Notes: generated by a model from the letters alone, not told the origin. A DNA stretch of 61,956 nucleotides, filler included, from Sphacelaria rigidula (GCA_964200075.2; 10 parts of 10 records of this genome joined end to end with filler, not necessarily neighbours in it), one strand, 5' to 3'; shown: positions 39,711-52,744, counted from the whole stretch's first letter. Numbers and translations: made by a program.

Positions 39711-41336
39711 GTGGACACAGCGGGGGCAGCAGAACCATATTCACCACGTGCGGGGGGGGGGCACCGGTCAACTGGTGACTTGCAACCCCATCTGTTGTGG
39801 TGGCGTGATGGCAAGGGGCCTGACCGGAGCATCCATAGCACAGTCGGACCCGGCATAGGTGAGGGGGAGATGTCCGCAATGAACTTCATTATTCACTCCG
39901 GGACGTTATATCAGAAGCATTTGAAGAAATGGCTCGTGACTTCCACTGATACTGATCAGTGGATACTTATCCTGTTGGCCATGTCCTGCGGGTATATCGA
40001 GCCCCACGGCTCCAACGCGGTGCAGGTAACTGTCAAACGCATTGTGAATGGAGGCCCCCGGTACATACTGGTGAACAGGATGTACCGCGCTGTCGTGACT
40101 CTGAGGGACGGGAGCGAAAGTGCGTGGCCTCCCGACGGACTGTATGATTGGCTGACGCATCCTGTAAAGGTGGCGCTGTTTGCTTTCACCTATCTATTGG
40201 TTGGCTGCGACTTCCTGCCGCGTGTATCCGGGATTCCCTCCCTCAAGATGTGGGAATTCGTTCTGAAGGCACTGAGAACGCCGAATCTGTTCACGAAAGC
40301 GATAGTGGTGTTCGACGAGGGTAAGGCGAGGGTGGAGGTGGACGAGGGGGTAAAGCTACTGGCCACGATCTTTTTCTTCAGGTACGACAACGTCTTTGCG
40401 CAGGTCGCCGCGGATCCTGGACATCTCTTCACCACGACTGTGCAGAATCTGGAGTCTTTCGTGAACAAGATTCGTCTGTGCATCACCACAGTACATGGGC
40501 ACATGCCTCCCCGGCGCTGCCCGGACTTGGACGCCTGCCAGAAGCACGTGGATAAGGCCGACGCAGTATCGGAGTACTGGGGGGGGGGCTTTGGGATGAC
40601 CATGACCACAGTGAACTTCAACGGGCGCGGATGAGGCGTTGAACCAGAAAAAAAGACTCACCACAAGGGTGGGGTAAAGGCGGCGAGCAGAGGGGCGGTG
40701 GAGCTTACACGGGACAACACAGTTGTATTCTTGTCAAGCCATACGTATGTCGATACATCCGGGATTGTGCGAACCCTGAGATGCGCGTCCAAGCCGGAAA
40801 GGGCGGCGCAAAGACGCCACCGGTGCCGAGATTGCAGATGTTTGGGGAATTGTACGCTGAGCTGCGGTTGCCAGGGCCGCTGCTTTTTGCCGCCACCCCT
40901 TGACCCAGCGGCCGGCGCTACTGCTACAGGTGATTCCGCCGGAGGAAATGTCGATACGTCCCGCGGACGTCGTAAGGGGAGGGGCGGATCCACGGCGAAC
41001 CGTGCAAGGGGCGGGTCAGCGGCGTTGCGTGGCGGGGGGCAGGCGAATGGAGCGAGGAAGGCCCCGGGGGCAGATGTTGATGGTAGTCGTGGTGAGAAGC
41101 GCTGCCGACGAGATGGCGAGAGGATGGCGAGGGTAGCGGGAGGGAAATCGGATCCCGGACCAGATCCTACCAGTCGCAGTTGTTGCGACAGCGGTGTAGA
41201 TGGTCCGCCAGAGGGCGGATCGAAGCATTTAGCCGGGATCTGGCTTGGAGATTCAGGCTCCGAGTGTAGCGACTCAGAGGAAGAGGATTCGGCATCGGAA
41301 GCGGGCAAAGACGACGACGATGCATTCGCGTTTTGA
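39711..41336 (+). mobile_element. Academ-like DNA transposon protein C-terminus: PIN/XPG-fold 5' nuclease plus Cys-rich zinc finger; one internal TGA
   Basis: Acidic motifs GEGE (39858), STDTD (DTD at 39948), VGCDFLP (GCDF at 40203). Then CPDLDACQKHVDKA...YW...GRG* (GW position) and CRDCRC...CTLSCGCQGRC. ORFs 39711-40634 and 40698-41336 share a frame, separated only by TGA 40632-40634. Confidence 0.65.
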
Positions 41337-42083
41337 TTGCACCTGTATCGAAAGTCGTAGACGTGTTTGTTGCAAATGAGTTGCGTAGATATATAAGTAA
41401 CCGTGGGAGTTATCTTCAGCGAACGGAAGTTATAACCCGTGCGTAGGGTTGATGGGGACATTGTAGAGTGCCTGATGCGGTGCGCCCTTGTGTGCAGACG
41501 TCTACGGCGGGTCGTCTGGCTTCACCCTTGGGCGAATCGCCGGTTGTATGTCAAGATAATGCGTGATACTATAATAGTGGAACGAACAACTAATAAAGCG
41601 AAAATGATGATCAAGACGTGGTGTTGTAGATAACCTTATGGAATACTGTGCCACACGACCACCACACGCGCGTGGATTCCAGTCGTGAGGCGGCGTTCAT
41701 AGCGCTCTGCACAGCGGGCGAACCGCCACGAATATTTGGTGTGATAACCGATCGTGAAAATTGAGGACAACGGTTTTCATTGACGATGATGAGTCGGTTT
41801 ATTACAATCTTCATATATGTGGACCATGTTTTCTTTTAATATGCCTGCATTCCTTCACGTACCGATAGCTATCACCAATTTCTGCATGCCATTCAAGATT
41901 GAAATCCGATAACCGAAGTTCTGGGGTCCGATGTGCATATGTTCTGTGGTCATGGTGGGGGAGGGGGGCGGGTAGCGGGTACGGGATAAAGATGGAACAC
42001 GTCATCCATCCTCGATGTCGCAGAACAGTGGTTCCAAGCGCTGCACGCTGGAGGAACATCAGCTTATGTTTTGAGTGATGCTA

Positions 42084-42318
42084 CAGTAGGGGTACACAAA
42101 TAATTTCTGAGGTTAGAATTGTTAGGAGCCCTTTATCTCGTCCAAAACACGACTCAAGAAAATATGCGAGAGACCGCCAGGATTATTATTCCAATGTGCT
42201 GGGGATATCCCGAATGAATCTGCAAACGGGGATGCCCTGACCCATATTCTTGTGCGTCTAGAATCGTTAGAAGCCCCTGAACCAGACAAAATTTCGCGAA
42301 AAAACTGCACCCCTATCG
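42084..42318. mobile_element. TA-flanked MITE, same TIR family as 21497-21710
   Basis: TA|CAGTAGGGGTACA ... TGCACCCCTATCG|TA; TIRs match at 10/13. Confidence 0.6.
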
Positions 42319-43341
42319 TAGCATTGCTCTTTTCCGTCCCTAACCCTTCGGTATCGCCCACCAAACTTCGGCCCCCATCACACCGCACAGTCGATGTGAC
42401 TGTTTGCTTCGAAGCAAACCCTCAAGCAGTTTCCGTGGTATCTCTCGTTTGTTTCCGACAGCTTTCAGTATCACTGACGACACAAGGAATCGGCAGACCG
42501 CGAGTGTTCCTTTTCTTCCATTTTTTTATTTTTCTCCTTTTTTTCTCTGACCACGAGCTGGAGTGTTGCAATCAGCTACGTAATGCGCGATCATCATATT
42601 TTTGTGTTGCTCGTGCTTGTGTTGGTGTATGTGTTCGTTCGTCGTTATTTTGTTGTTGTTCTTGTTGCTTGGTGGTGGTGGTGGTGGTGTTTTTTTGTTG
42701 TTTATCGCTGCCCCCTTTCTTTCCTTGCTGAGGCCGTCCTCCTGTCTTTTTCTGGTCCTTTCTTTCTTTCTTATTTTTATTATTCTGTTCTTTTTCTGCT
42801 GCTCCTGACCACGGGCCGGACTGTAGCAAGCAGCTTAATGTGAGATGATCGATCAATCAATCAAGTGTGCATTTACACCTTGCGCGGCGATCCCGTAAGC
42901 ACGCTTCATGCGCCGCCCCAGCGACAATGACAAGCACATGTCTGGAACATCTTCCCCACTGGTGGGCAATGTTAATTGTTGCATGTATGCTTGCGGGAGA
43001 AGATATTCCCCACGCTGTAAACCAAATGGACGCGGCGCAATTACTACCTGCTCAATGTGGATATCACATGTGACCCGATGGGTTTTCACGCCGCACCTCA
43101 AATGTTATAACACCCGCCACCGAGATGGCAATATCTCGACGCACACGGCAGCTATCGACACAAATCGAAATGCTCTGTGTAGAAAACACGCGTACCTAAA
43201 AGTCCTCCACTTCTTGGCAGCCAACACCCTTGTCAAGAAATTGGAAGTTGGGGTGAAGTGAAGATCATCAACTTCAGATATTGCACTGTTTCGACACTCA
43301 ATTGAAGTCTGCCAGGGCTTGAGCGACGGCTGATGTCCTGT

Positions 43342-43441
43342 NNNNNNNNNNNNNNNNNNNNNNNNNNNNNNNNNNNNNNNNNNNNTTAATTAATTAANNN
43401 NNNNNNNNNNNNNNNNNNNNNNNNNNNNNNNNNNNNNNNNN
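43342..43441. other. Artificial contig linker
   Basis: N44-TTAATTAATTAA-N44. Confidence 0.99.
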
Positions 43442-43740
43442 AATGGCCTCATCACCATGGGAGCCCTCGGCCTCACGGCCCCCCCCCCCCCCCCCCCTAT
43501 CGTAGCATAACTCCATAGCGTTGAAAGGTTTCTCATGCTCATGTTCCCGCTGTCCCGCATTTCGTGGAAATATCGACCACACGGGCCTCATACCCCGCAA
43601 ATGAAGAAGCCTTCGAGAGTCACGTAGCTGTCCCAGGGAACACAGTACAAACAAGGGACGCTTTCGAAGCGTTGTTTAGGGTCGCGTTTTTCGGTGCCCG
43701 AAAACCCCTCATGTCTCCTGGCGCCAGGGGCGAAGCTTAC

Positions 43741-43813
43741 CTTTCCTCTGCCCTCGGGGTCGAATTTCGCAAACACCTCGTTCAGAAGGTGGTCGTCCAT
43801 CACGATATCGAAT
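43741..43813 (-). CDS. Internal exon of an EF-hand protein
   Basis: CGCAG|A...AAG|GTAAGC, 73 bp. Encodes FDIVMDDHLLNEVFAKFDPEGRGK (EF-hand entering helix and loop). Confidence 0.75.
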
Positions 43814-44094
43814 CTGCGAGATTTAGCGCACACACATACACACATACCAACCCACCGAAGTGGGTTGACCTTTTAGCCACCCGAACAGCAGTAGGGATCC
43901 CATCGATGGGGGCGATCTTAGGTGACTTTGGTTTGTTGATGTTGACGGTAATCCTTCCGTATCGACTTGTGGATTATTTATGCACATGTGTGGGCAGGGA
44001 CCTCCCAGTGAGAAAACCATTAAAGTAAAAATATGGAAAATAAAGAACGACGGAAAGAGCAGCAGGAGCAACTACAACAACAACAACAACAATA

Positions 44095-44168
44095 TGTTGA
44101 GATGTCGTAGATACCCCTGAGCCAAACCGCAGACTGTTTAGCTCAGTGGTATCTGTGACATCTTAACA
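44095..44168 (+). repeat. 33-bp stem hairpin with 8-nt loop, containing a tRNA A-box-like motif
   Basis: 44095-44127 pairs with 44136-44168: 28 Watson-Crick, 3 G-U, 2 mismatches. The 3' arm contains TAGCTCAGTGGT. Flanked by CAA-rich repeats. Confidence 0.85.
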
Positions 44169-44532
44169 CAACAACAAACAAACGAACGAACGAACAAAAC
44201 AACGGACAAACTAACGATTCACATTGCTCGATCTCTGAAACACGGACAACTGATCTCTGTACTCACACCATACTAACCATTTCTTTTTCGCACGCAGACT
44301 CACAGCGCGTGCACAACCTGCCTGCTCATGGTTCCCTTGTCGTCACCCCATTCTATGCTTTTCTCCGAATAGACTTATTGTCGTGAGCCCCCCACAAATC
44401 AAATGTTGTTGCTGATTCCGGAGCACATCGCAGTATCTACGAAAAAACGAGTTTCCGAAATAGTGCGTTCTGGGCTTTCAGTGCGTTGACCTCGGCAGAA
44501 CAGCGTGATCGCGTAGACAGTACAGTACCCAC

Positions 44533-44648
44533 CTCCTGAATATGACAAACTTCAAGGCATCTCGGTCGAGATTTGACGAGTCTAGGTGGTCCGGATTGGC
44601 AGAGCTGAGGAGGTTGACGGCTGATTTGTACGCGAAACGTCCTCCATC
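44533..44648 (-). CDS. Internal exon of the same EF-hand protein (upstream exon)
   Basis: TACCAG|GAT...GAG|GTGGGT, 116 bp, ends in phase 2 and splices in frame to 43813: ...SSNLDRDALKFVIFRR-FDIVMDD. Confidence 0.7.
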
Positions 44649-44909
44649 CTGGTACACAGTAAGAAAATAAAGGAAGGAAAAAATGGGGGAGTGCGCATGT
44701 AAAAAATGGATACGGGACACATCCAGGGACACACACAAGGAAAGACCGGGGTAGATGATGACATTTATATTGAGAATATGTCTTCGCGGCTTATGTCGTC
44801 AATGCCTCACAAAGTGGTACGCTTCACAAACTTCTTCTTTGGAGATTATGAGTATAACATCGGTGATGGACGGTTCTACGGGTGAGATATGGTCCCCAGC
44901 GTCAGGGTT

Positions 44910-44932
44910 TTAGGGTTAGGGTTAGGGTTAGG
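44910..44932 (+). repeat. Interstitial telomeric-type repeat (TTAGGG)3 TTAGG
   Basis: Read directly. Confidence 0.9.
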
Positions 44933-45741
44933 TATCACATGTGGATCCTTCATATCACGTAGGCGTCCATCCTAGACATGCCAGGTGTAGATGGACATCG
45001 CAGATGGAACTGGCATGTCTAGGATGGATTTGAGATCTCCGATGGACATTCAACATAGATATTTCAGATGGATATTGCAGATGGATATTCCACGTGCACG
45101 GAGATATCCCAGGTCCAGAGGGATCCGAATCCCGTATAGATTCCCGTATCCAAGATAGATATCCACAATCTTTTCTTTTGCTATTCCATACCTTTATCGG
45201 AGCTATTCGGTATGCTCAATTCGGTTGGTTAATCATCAAGATATTTTTGCAACCTTGTGTGAGAGTCAACTTGTTCCTTGGATCCTAGACAAGATTTGAT
45301 AAAAAAAAATTACAGCCTCCATCATACAAACCAATTCTTTCATACCTATACTCAGCATTTTCTAATGCTAAGTTCTAATCTGGTATAATCGTCATAGCAA
45401 TCACGGATATCCATATCCGAGAGGGATATCTGAGGTGAATGGGATAACTTGCTTCCTCTGACACATAAGTTCGCTCGACTATGGTGCGCAGGTCATATTC
45501 ATTTGAACGGAAGAGTATGCGATGCCATAGTTAGGCTCATTGCAAAGCTACAGTCAAGGAGATGCTCATGAAGAAAAAATCCGAGTTGCTATTATTGAGA
45601 ATCTGTGGGGTCAAAATACCCTATTTTTGGCCAATATTTTTGGATTGTTGTTTGAAATTTTCTTCTAGAATTGTTTTGAGAATATTATTAGAACTCTCGA
45701 GCAAGATCCCGTTTACCACCCCCCTTCGTGGCACAACCACG

Positions 45742-46002
45742 ATGGAGACCGCAAGCACCCCCCCGCGTCGCCAGCGGGTCGTTGAGGTGTCATCGGGCCG
45801 CCGCTATGCCTTGGCGATGGAGGTAGCGCTGGTCGATCCGCCAGGCAAAGTAAGGCTGCCCAAGGGCATTGCAGCCCCCCTCGCCCAGCGCTACGGTGTC
45901 AGCCCTGAATACCCCGCACAGCTATGGAAATGCTGCAAAGCACAGATCGAAGGCACCCAGAAGCTTGACCTCTCAAACAAACCTCTAGCGGGCGGCCGTC
46001 GG
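45742..46002 (+). mobile_element. Truncated mariner-type transposase N-terminal HTH
   Basis: RLPKGIAAPLAQRYGVSPEYPAQLWK...DLSNKPLAGGRR resembles the HTH plus GR linker of plant/stramenopile mariner transposases. No catalytic domain follows. Confidence 0.55.
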
Positions 46003-48325
46003 TGCTTACTTCATTTTTTTTTTTTTGTGTTTTTTCGCCCCCGGGAAAGGGGCGAGATACGGCCTTTTTTGAGCCGACTGATTCGCTTCGGGCCACTTGC
46101 CCATACAGGAGGCTGCCCGAAAAAAAGAAGGGCTTCAACTCGAGAAATGATAGAGATTGAAAAATATCATCGCCAACGGCATTGGGCACGGTTAGGGATC
46201 CGTGTTAATGTAATCGAGCTGATTTAGGTGTCAGAGGAAGTATATGGACATTCCACATGAACGTAGTATTCCGGGTGGAAGTTGTACGATGAAACAGGCT
46301 TGCCGCGTTGCCCTAGATTTTGCCTCGCCCTCAAACGGCGCGTTTCAGTATCACCTTTTCGGCAGCACAGAGTGTATGTTCCGTCGCCTGAACCGCCACC
46401 TGCATCTACCTCGGCAGCTGTGGGCCGGTCTCAGGATATTCTCCATAGATAGGTATTATAGATAAACAAACAAGAAAATCACGTTGTCTATCAAGTTGGT
46501 TCAACAGACAGAAGCGAAGCAAGCAAACCAGCGAGCAAGAACAACGAAAATCGATAGCAATGTCACCACGAGAGTAGTAGTTTATACTGGCGAACAACCT
46601 TGGGCGTCGAACGCTATGATCCGATGACGGGCCAGCTCTTGAGGGCCCCGGACCTAGCTCTTGCCGTTTGAGCTATTCAAGTGGCGCTTACTGCGTATGA
46701 CTCAGCGGTTGATAGTTTGTGATTGATTGATGAGTCGATGGGTTGCCCCACATCATGTTCACCTCTACGGACGAATCCAGCTGTAGCACGAAGATACAAG
46801 TAAACGCGTGGATAAATCAATGGGAGACGCCCGAGAATTCCTTGAGAGGAGGAACGGATCAGAAGTAAAAGGAAGTATTCTTTAGTCCTAACCGAAGCGA
46901 AAAAGCAGCAGTGATATGCTTTCGCGTCTTATCGAGGGCGAAGTCTACGTTTGGACAGCTCTCCGCAGTTCATATTTTTGTCAGCGGTAACGTTTTTCAG
47001 TTTTTCAAGTATTAGTTGAGATAACCCGTGGGAACGGTGCCATCTTTTACACACAACACCTGAAAAATCTCGTCCTCTTCGTTTGTTTGTTTGCTTGCTT
47101 GCTTAATTTCTTGATTTCTCGATTGACTGTCGCACAAAAAATCCATCTGGTTTGGATTCAGTCGTGGTCACAGGAGGAAGAAAAAACAAAAATGACCACG
47201 AAATACGCCGGGCGAAAATCTAGTACCACGCCATGCTCCACGGCGACTTCGGGCAAGGAGATCGTAAAAGCAAGAAACACGAGACAAAACAAATTATGGA
47301 GAAACTGAGAACTGGTGTCCAAAACATTCTCAGCGTGTGGTTATTGTTCCTTGAGAGAAGCTACGCTGAAAGTAAGAAATAGGATTTCCGAAAATGTCTG
47401 TTGCAGTCAAGTGCACCCGTAAGTTGAAATTTGCCCCCCCCCCCTCCCCCCCCGAAAGGGAAACCCTGGGAGTTTTCGTAGCTCCAAAGTCGCCAAAAAT
47501 CTCCACGCTAGCATCAAGTAGTTATCGGGCCCACTCTGAAATCGATTTGTTATCGAACCCCTGTTGAGCTAGACGATAGCACACAAACAACCGCATGCCA
47601 CTATTATAGGGTATTTGATAAAAACCAGGTGATGGGATCTCCCCGGAGACTGCGAGATTTTTCTTCCCTTCTGTCGAGGCAGTATCCAAAAGTTGATTGA
47701 TTTTATTGAATTATTGACTTAATTCTTTGCTTACTTGCTTGATTGGTTGATTGTCGCACACTAACTGATCCCCGAGGTGTCATGATCCAGCGGTGGTCAT
47801 TGTCCGCAAGATGAGCGTAATGTACGTAACTTCAACAAAAAAAAACGAACACGGAAGCATTTGCGGGAGGAAGCTGGAGAGAGTGACTACGATTCGTTTG
47901 TTCCGAACCGCAGGTGCAAGGAGAAGCTAAAGCATCGCCCTTTCGGTTAGTAGAACAGCCCGTCGCGAGGATTACCTACCGCTGACGCTTGGCGCTTCGA
48001 ATATTTTTGTTGCCGTCATTACTAGACAGTATGTAATGTTTGACAATCCTATATATACTTCAACTTTGGGCTAACTGTGTTGAGCGCAAAACTGCGAAGA
48101 AGCACAAAGAACATGCAGAGCAATATGCGCCATGGCGCGTTGTTTTACTTGGACACAATAAAACAAGGGTGCGCTCTATAGGTTGCAGCAGGAAATGGGG
48201 GGGGGGGGGGGGGGGGGCATCCCAGACCATATCGAAATGTGTAGCGAATATCCCGGNNNNNNNNNNGCGGGGCCGTGTTGTTTGTGACGTAAGAAAAGAG
48301 AGAAGGGGTGGGGCGGGGGGGGGGG

Positions 48326-48360
<35 letters not shown>

Positions 48361-49186
48361 TACCAGACCATATCGAAATGTGTAGCGAATATCCCGGTAT
48401 GGTTCGAAAGGATATTGGACCCTGTTCCGAAAACTCCGGTATGATCCACAAGGGTATTCACCGATATAATACGTCGTTTATATTCTTGTAAGTACCCGAA
48501 TTTCAGCGGGGTATATTCTATGGAACACAACACATACACCATAAAATATGCACTCTGATCGGTGAATGAACGGGGTATCTTTCAAAGACTGGATCTAGCA
48601 ATCCACGATACTTACAGCTTAGCTTGGGGGGAAAACATGAGTCACGAGGTACGCATTTCCTATTTCGAGGCATGTAAACGCACATACATACACATGTACT
48701 CACATATTTCTGTATATGTTTATGTTGGTTCATTGTGTGACTTGAATTAAAAAACATGCACTCGTGTCTGTTTTCGTGGCATTTATTTTTGATTGTCCTG
48801 ACGGAAACGCAAAATAAACAAAGTTAGCAGATAATGTGGACTAGTGTTCTGCGCAAAGTCTTCGTGTTCACACTATCTTGTGACCACCGCTGGATCGTAG
48901 CGGACCAGTCAATTGATTCACGACAACCAACCAATTCAACAATTAATTATTCAGCCAATCAAAATGCAGTATCCATGGTTGACGCTTGATGATGATGGCG
49001 ACGGGATCATCTTTTTCTTCCATCTGGATGGTTTGCCACAAAAAAAGGACTGCAACGATTATTTCTGTCGGCGGCTACGTGTATACGAGGGTTTGTGAGC
49101 GCGACAAGCACAAAGGAATCGCTTGCTTATAGCTACAAAGCCCAACAATATAATAACTCCTAGCACTAGCCAGCCGCCGCGCCCCG

Positions 49187-49435
49187 ATGGTCAGATTGGT
49201 ACAGCTGGAACCAATCAGATCCAAAGCATATGGATTACATTCGCGGCACATGAACTCGTCTTTTCCCTCTGAGAAATGTTCGATATCCCTCGTTGAAAAC
49301 TCGAGGACGCGAATAGCAAAGGAAGGTTGTCTGGACGGAAGCCGACGCGGCGCGGAAGTGCTGGTAGTCATGATCCAGTCCGCGATAGAAAATTGTAAAG
49401 GTGTGTACCAGGGGAGAGATGTGTTGATCCCCAGA
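49187..49435 (+). mobile_element. Degenerate PIF1-type (Helitron) helicase fragment
   Basis: KEGCLDGSR...VMIQSAIENCKGVYQGRDVLIPR matches the GLCNGTR...IEA.I..G...G..VLIPR block. Confidence 0.5.
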
Positions 49436-49546
49436 GATCATGGACTCTGAACAAGGGGGGGGGGGGGGGGGGGGGTCCCCACCCCTCCGGGGGAGGGGGG
49501 GGAGAAAAAGGGGGGGGGAAAAAAGGCCCAAAAATTGGTACGGGGG

Positions 49547-49646
49547 NNNNNNNNNNNNNNNNNNNNNNNNNNNNNNNNNNNNNNNNNNNNTTAATTAATT
49601 AANNNNNNNNNNNNNNNNNNNNNNNNNNNNNNNNNNNNNNNNNNNN
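49547..49646. other. Artificial contig linker
   Basis: N44-TTAATTAATTAA-N44. Confidence 0.99.
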
Positions 49647-49653
49647 GAATGCG

Positions 49654-49704
49654 AGGTCAATGGTCTTATGACTATGGCATGCATGATCATGAGTACCCCC
49701 CCCC
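49654..49704 (-). repeat. G-rich transposon-end motif shared with contig 4
   Basis: 37/46 identical to the reverse complement of 20433-20478; ends in ATCATGAGTACCCCC. Confidence 0.7.
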
Positions 49705-52490
49705 GCCCCCCCCCCACACGCACACACGTTTCTTCTCCGTTGATTAGGGTTCATTCTGTGATCTGACCACAGCTGGGACGCCTGAGGATCAGTTAACTTG
49801 TGACAATCAAATCAATCAGTCAATGGGCGGTAGACGCGACAACGAGCAATAAATGCGAGCGAGTACAACTGGCCCGAGAGCACGGTCAACACAGAATAGG
49901 ATGGTATTCGCGATGACAACATACGGTCGAAGAGCAGCGGAAGATTCACGAGAGATATGGTAGCCCAAAACGATAAAGGAGGATATACGAGATACCGTAC
50001 AGGGCGGCGGACATGACAGGGCGACGCACACGATGAAGGCATCCTATGAGCGCTGACGTGATAACTCATGTGCGAGAATGCTGTTTCACCTGGGTGCGTC
50101 ATCAAGCTGGGTATCGAAGCCAAGTTGCTTGTGTTCACCTTGTAATATTTTTCACAGAAGATGCGGTGTGTTTGACGCATTCTCCGCCCACCGTCACTGA
50201 ACTCTCGTCCTATGGTTACGCGGCTCTCGTTTGCATGATTTTGAACAGGAATGGTGACCACAACGTCCACGTATCACGCTACGGCGACACCGGTGATCAA
50301 CTCTACCTGGCGATTGTCGTTCAGGTGTAGCCATCGTGAGCGGTTATTTATATTACTTGTTGCACTTTGTGTGATCCCCGGGGGTCCAGCCGTGGATATC
50401 ACCTTACACACTCAAGATTTTGTATTTGATGACGGTATATTTCACACCATTTTTGACAGAAAAAATCAGACTCTTCTCTTGATCTGCGAGTCCAATGATG
50501 AAGGCCGTACGGAATGTATACTTGAGTTTCCACTTTGATTGGGCTGCATATTTCAGTGCTGCTGCTAGAAGGCACGCCTGTGTTGCGATCAAATGGAGGT
50601 GAATATACAAGACATGTCACCAACGTGTGAATTCGAGCGATGGCGTTTGTTCATATATGTTTCATGCCGGGCATTATTCTCGTCGCAGGAATGGGGGATT
50701 TGGGACATTTTTGAGAGCGTTTTACGCGGCGCTGGAGCGGCGGCGAACGGTTAACCCGGCGGTTGCGGCCGTTACATTCGGAGGCTCCGACGAGGAATGG
50801 GCCTCTATGCAGGTCAGAACTCCCCTCGCAATATATCCTCAAGTACTTCGACCCTATGATTGCAGAGGTGGTATAGGAATTCACTCCGGAGGTATTCGTG
50901 CGAGAAAACATCGGCATCAACTTTTGCAATGGCGTGAATAAATGTGACGTCTTTGATTCGATCGATTGATTTGGTTAAATGATTTGATGGATTGTTGCAT
51001 ACTCACTCACTGAGACCCGAGGGATCAGTAAGTTTTTTTTGGTCATTAGACAGAAGATAGATGCACCCAACGTAAAAGAGACGGAAACACTCGCTGAATA
51101 AAACGACAGCTGCGTATCGAACGTGAACTCGAATGAACAGACGGAACAAAGTGAGAAACAAAACACGGAAAAAATCCAGCAAACATTAGATCAAACGAAA
51201 ACGAAATTGTTTTTGCATAGGGTCAAATGAATGACAATCGACAAAAATTCAGTCAGCATCCGGCAGATGCCCCGATGTTCGTGTTTACCCCGCAAGCTCC
51301 TCGAACCCAGATGTTTACGGCCGTTTGTGGTGGTTGTGCGGACCGCTTTCCAATAATTTGTCGTTGCAAGCGACCGCGGTACTCATGGGCTGACGGAAGA
51401 TCGCGGCGTTTATTTACGCACCCTTCCACTGTACAAGCGTTGCCCATTGCGCACGGAGGATGCTTGCCGGGGTGCTTGCTGGGCGAAGTGCCCCATCGCC
51501 CCCGTAAAGTTTAAGAACCCCGAATCGGAAACTTCGTTTGCCACCCCCTCCTCTCCTCTCCCGTGTCCCTTCCTGTTTTGCTGTCTGTGGCCACAATATA
51601 GTGTAGGGAGGGGGTAAGATAACGTAAAATGTTTTTGTGTAAAGTATGAAAGAAACGTGAAGAGCGCCCAAACGTCGGTGGTGTCTCTCCTAGAAGCAAG
51701 AGCGGTGCTCCGTCTCTAAATGATGCTTGGCAAATGGTTACATGACTAAGGCAAGCAACAAATGAGCACGCCCCCCTCCCGTGTCCCTTCTCATGTTCAG
51801 GCGACACATGTGGTTCAAGCCGTGGCGGTAGACCCCACAGATGACACAGTGTTGCTCACCGCGGCTCCTGTCCAAGCCACTGCTCCACCGGCATCTATCG
51901 GCTCTATTTGATTGCTGTGTAGAATGAGTAACAGTGCAGGGGGCAGGTACAGCATTTGTTTTGCCTGTATAAGGGTGTGGTTCATGTACATAGTTGGTAG
52001 CTGAGTGCAACATGTGGTGTGCTCACTCTCGGATCCCTTCTGTTCCCGTGAGACTGGTTTGGCAATACTTGAAGGTTAACTCAGGATCGTGGTTTTTCTT
52101 CCAGAGGATTAGTGTGATAGCGTGGCTTGTGTGATTTTGCGTCACTTGTGCTTGACGTGTGCTGCGAGCGGACGCGCGCATGATTCCATGATATTCGCAG
52201 CGAGTCCGACAAACGTCTTTACCAGATGAAAAAATGTGCCATGCGAGGTGCTGTTTCAAAAGCGTCTTTAGGCGCAAAAATAGAAGCAAATCTGCATTTT
52301 CCCGTGGGCAATCCGGGAGTATACGAAAGGTTTTGGCTCCGACATTGTTACGAGGGAAACGATTTGCTTTCAGTGTATTTGTATATAGGTGACTTCGCTG
52401 GACATGGGCAAAGCGGAAGAACGGATGAATTTCTGAGACAGCCTGGTGCGATCATCACCTTAACTTTCACGATATATGGTAATGCCGGTC

Positions 52491-52744
52491 GCCCCGGTGG
52501 CTCAGTTGGATGTCGAAACCCTTCTGACGGATCGGTCGTCAGTTCGAAACTCGGTGAAGTCACGCGATCTGGGACATTTTTCTCACACCATGCCCAGCAG
52601 TGTAGAACGATCATATCGTCGGTACACAAAATTCGACTTCACGGTCGACGAGGGAAAGGGGCCGCTGAACGCCTCTCGCGATAAAAATGGAGGCAAGCAC
52701 CTCGGATGGAAGGTGGCGTACGAAAAATAAATAACAAGAAAAAA
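52491..52744 (+). mobile_element. tRNA-derived SINE
   Basis: A box TGGCTCAGTTGG (52498-52509), B box GTTCGAAAC (52542-52550), ~170-bp non-tRNA body and A-rich tail. Confidence 0.75.

Noticed and set aside
3372..40634. Stop-codon reassignment or readthrough suggested by single in-frame stops (3372, 17924, 25756, 29567, 40632)
   Set aside because: All three stop types occur and most of the same elements also have frameshifts; ordinary pseudogene decay explains it.
48195..48397. 35-bp direct repeat with long G runs (G-quadruplex locus)
   Set aside because: The duplication flanks a 10-N scaffold gap and poly-G, so an assembly or sequencing artefact is more likely.
52491..52565. Functional tRNA gene (also 55936-56000)
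   Set aside because: A and B boxes are present but I cannot fold a full cloverleaf, and non-tRNA body or rearrangement follows.
52226..52684. Alpha/beta hydrolase from the DFAGHGQS motif
   Set aside because: No GxSxG motif, and the ORF runs through a SINE; likely a chance match.
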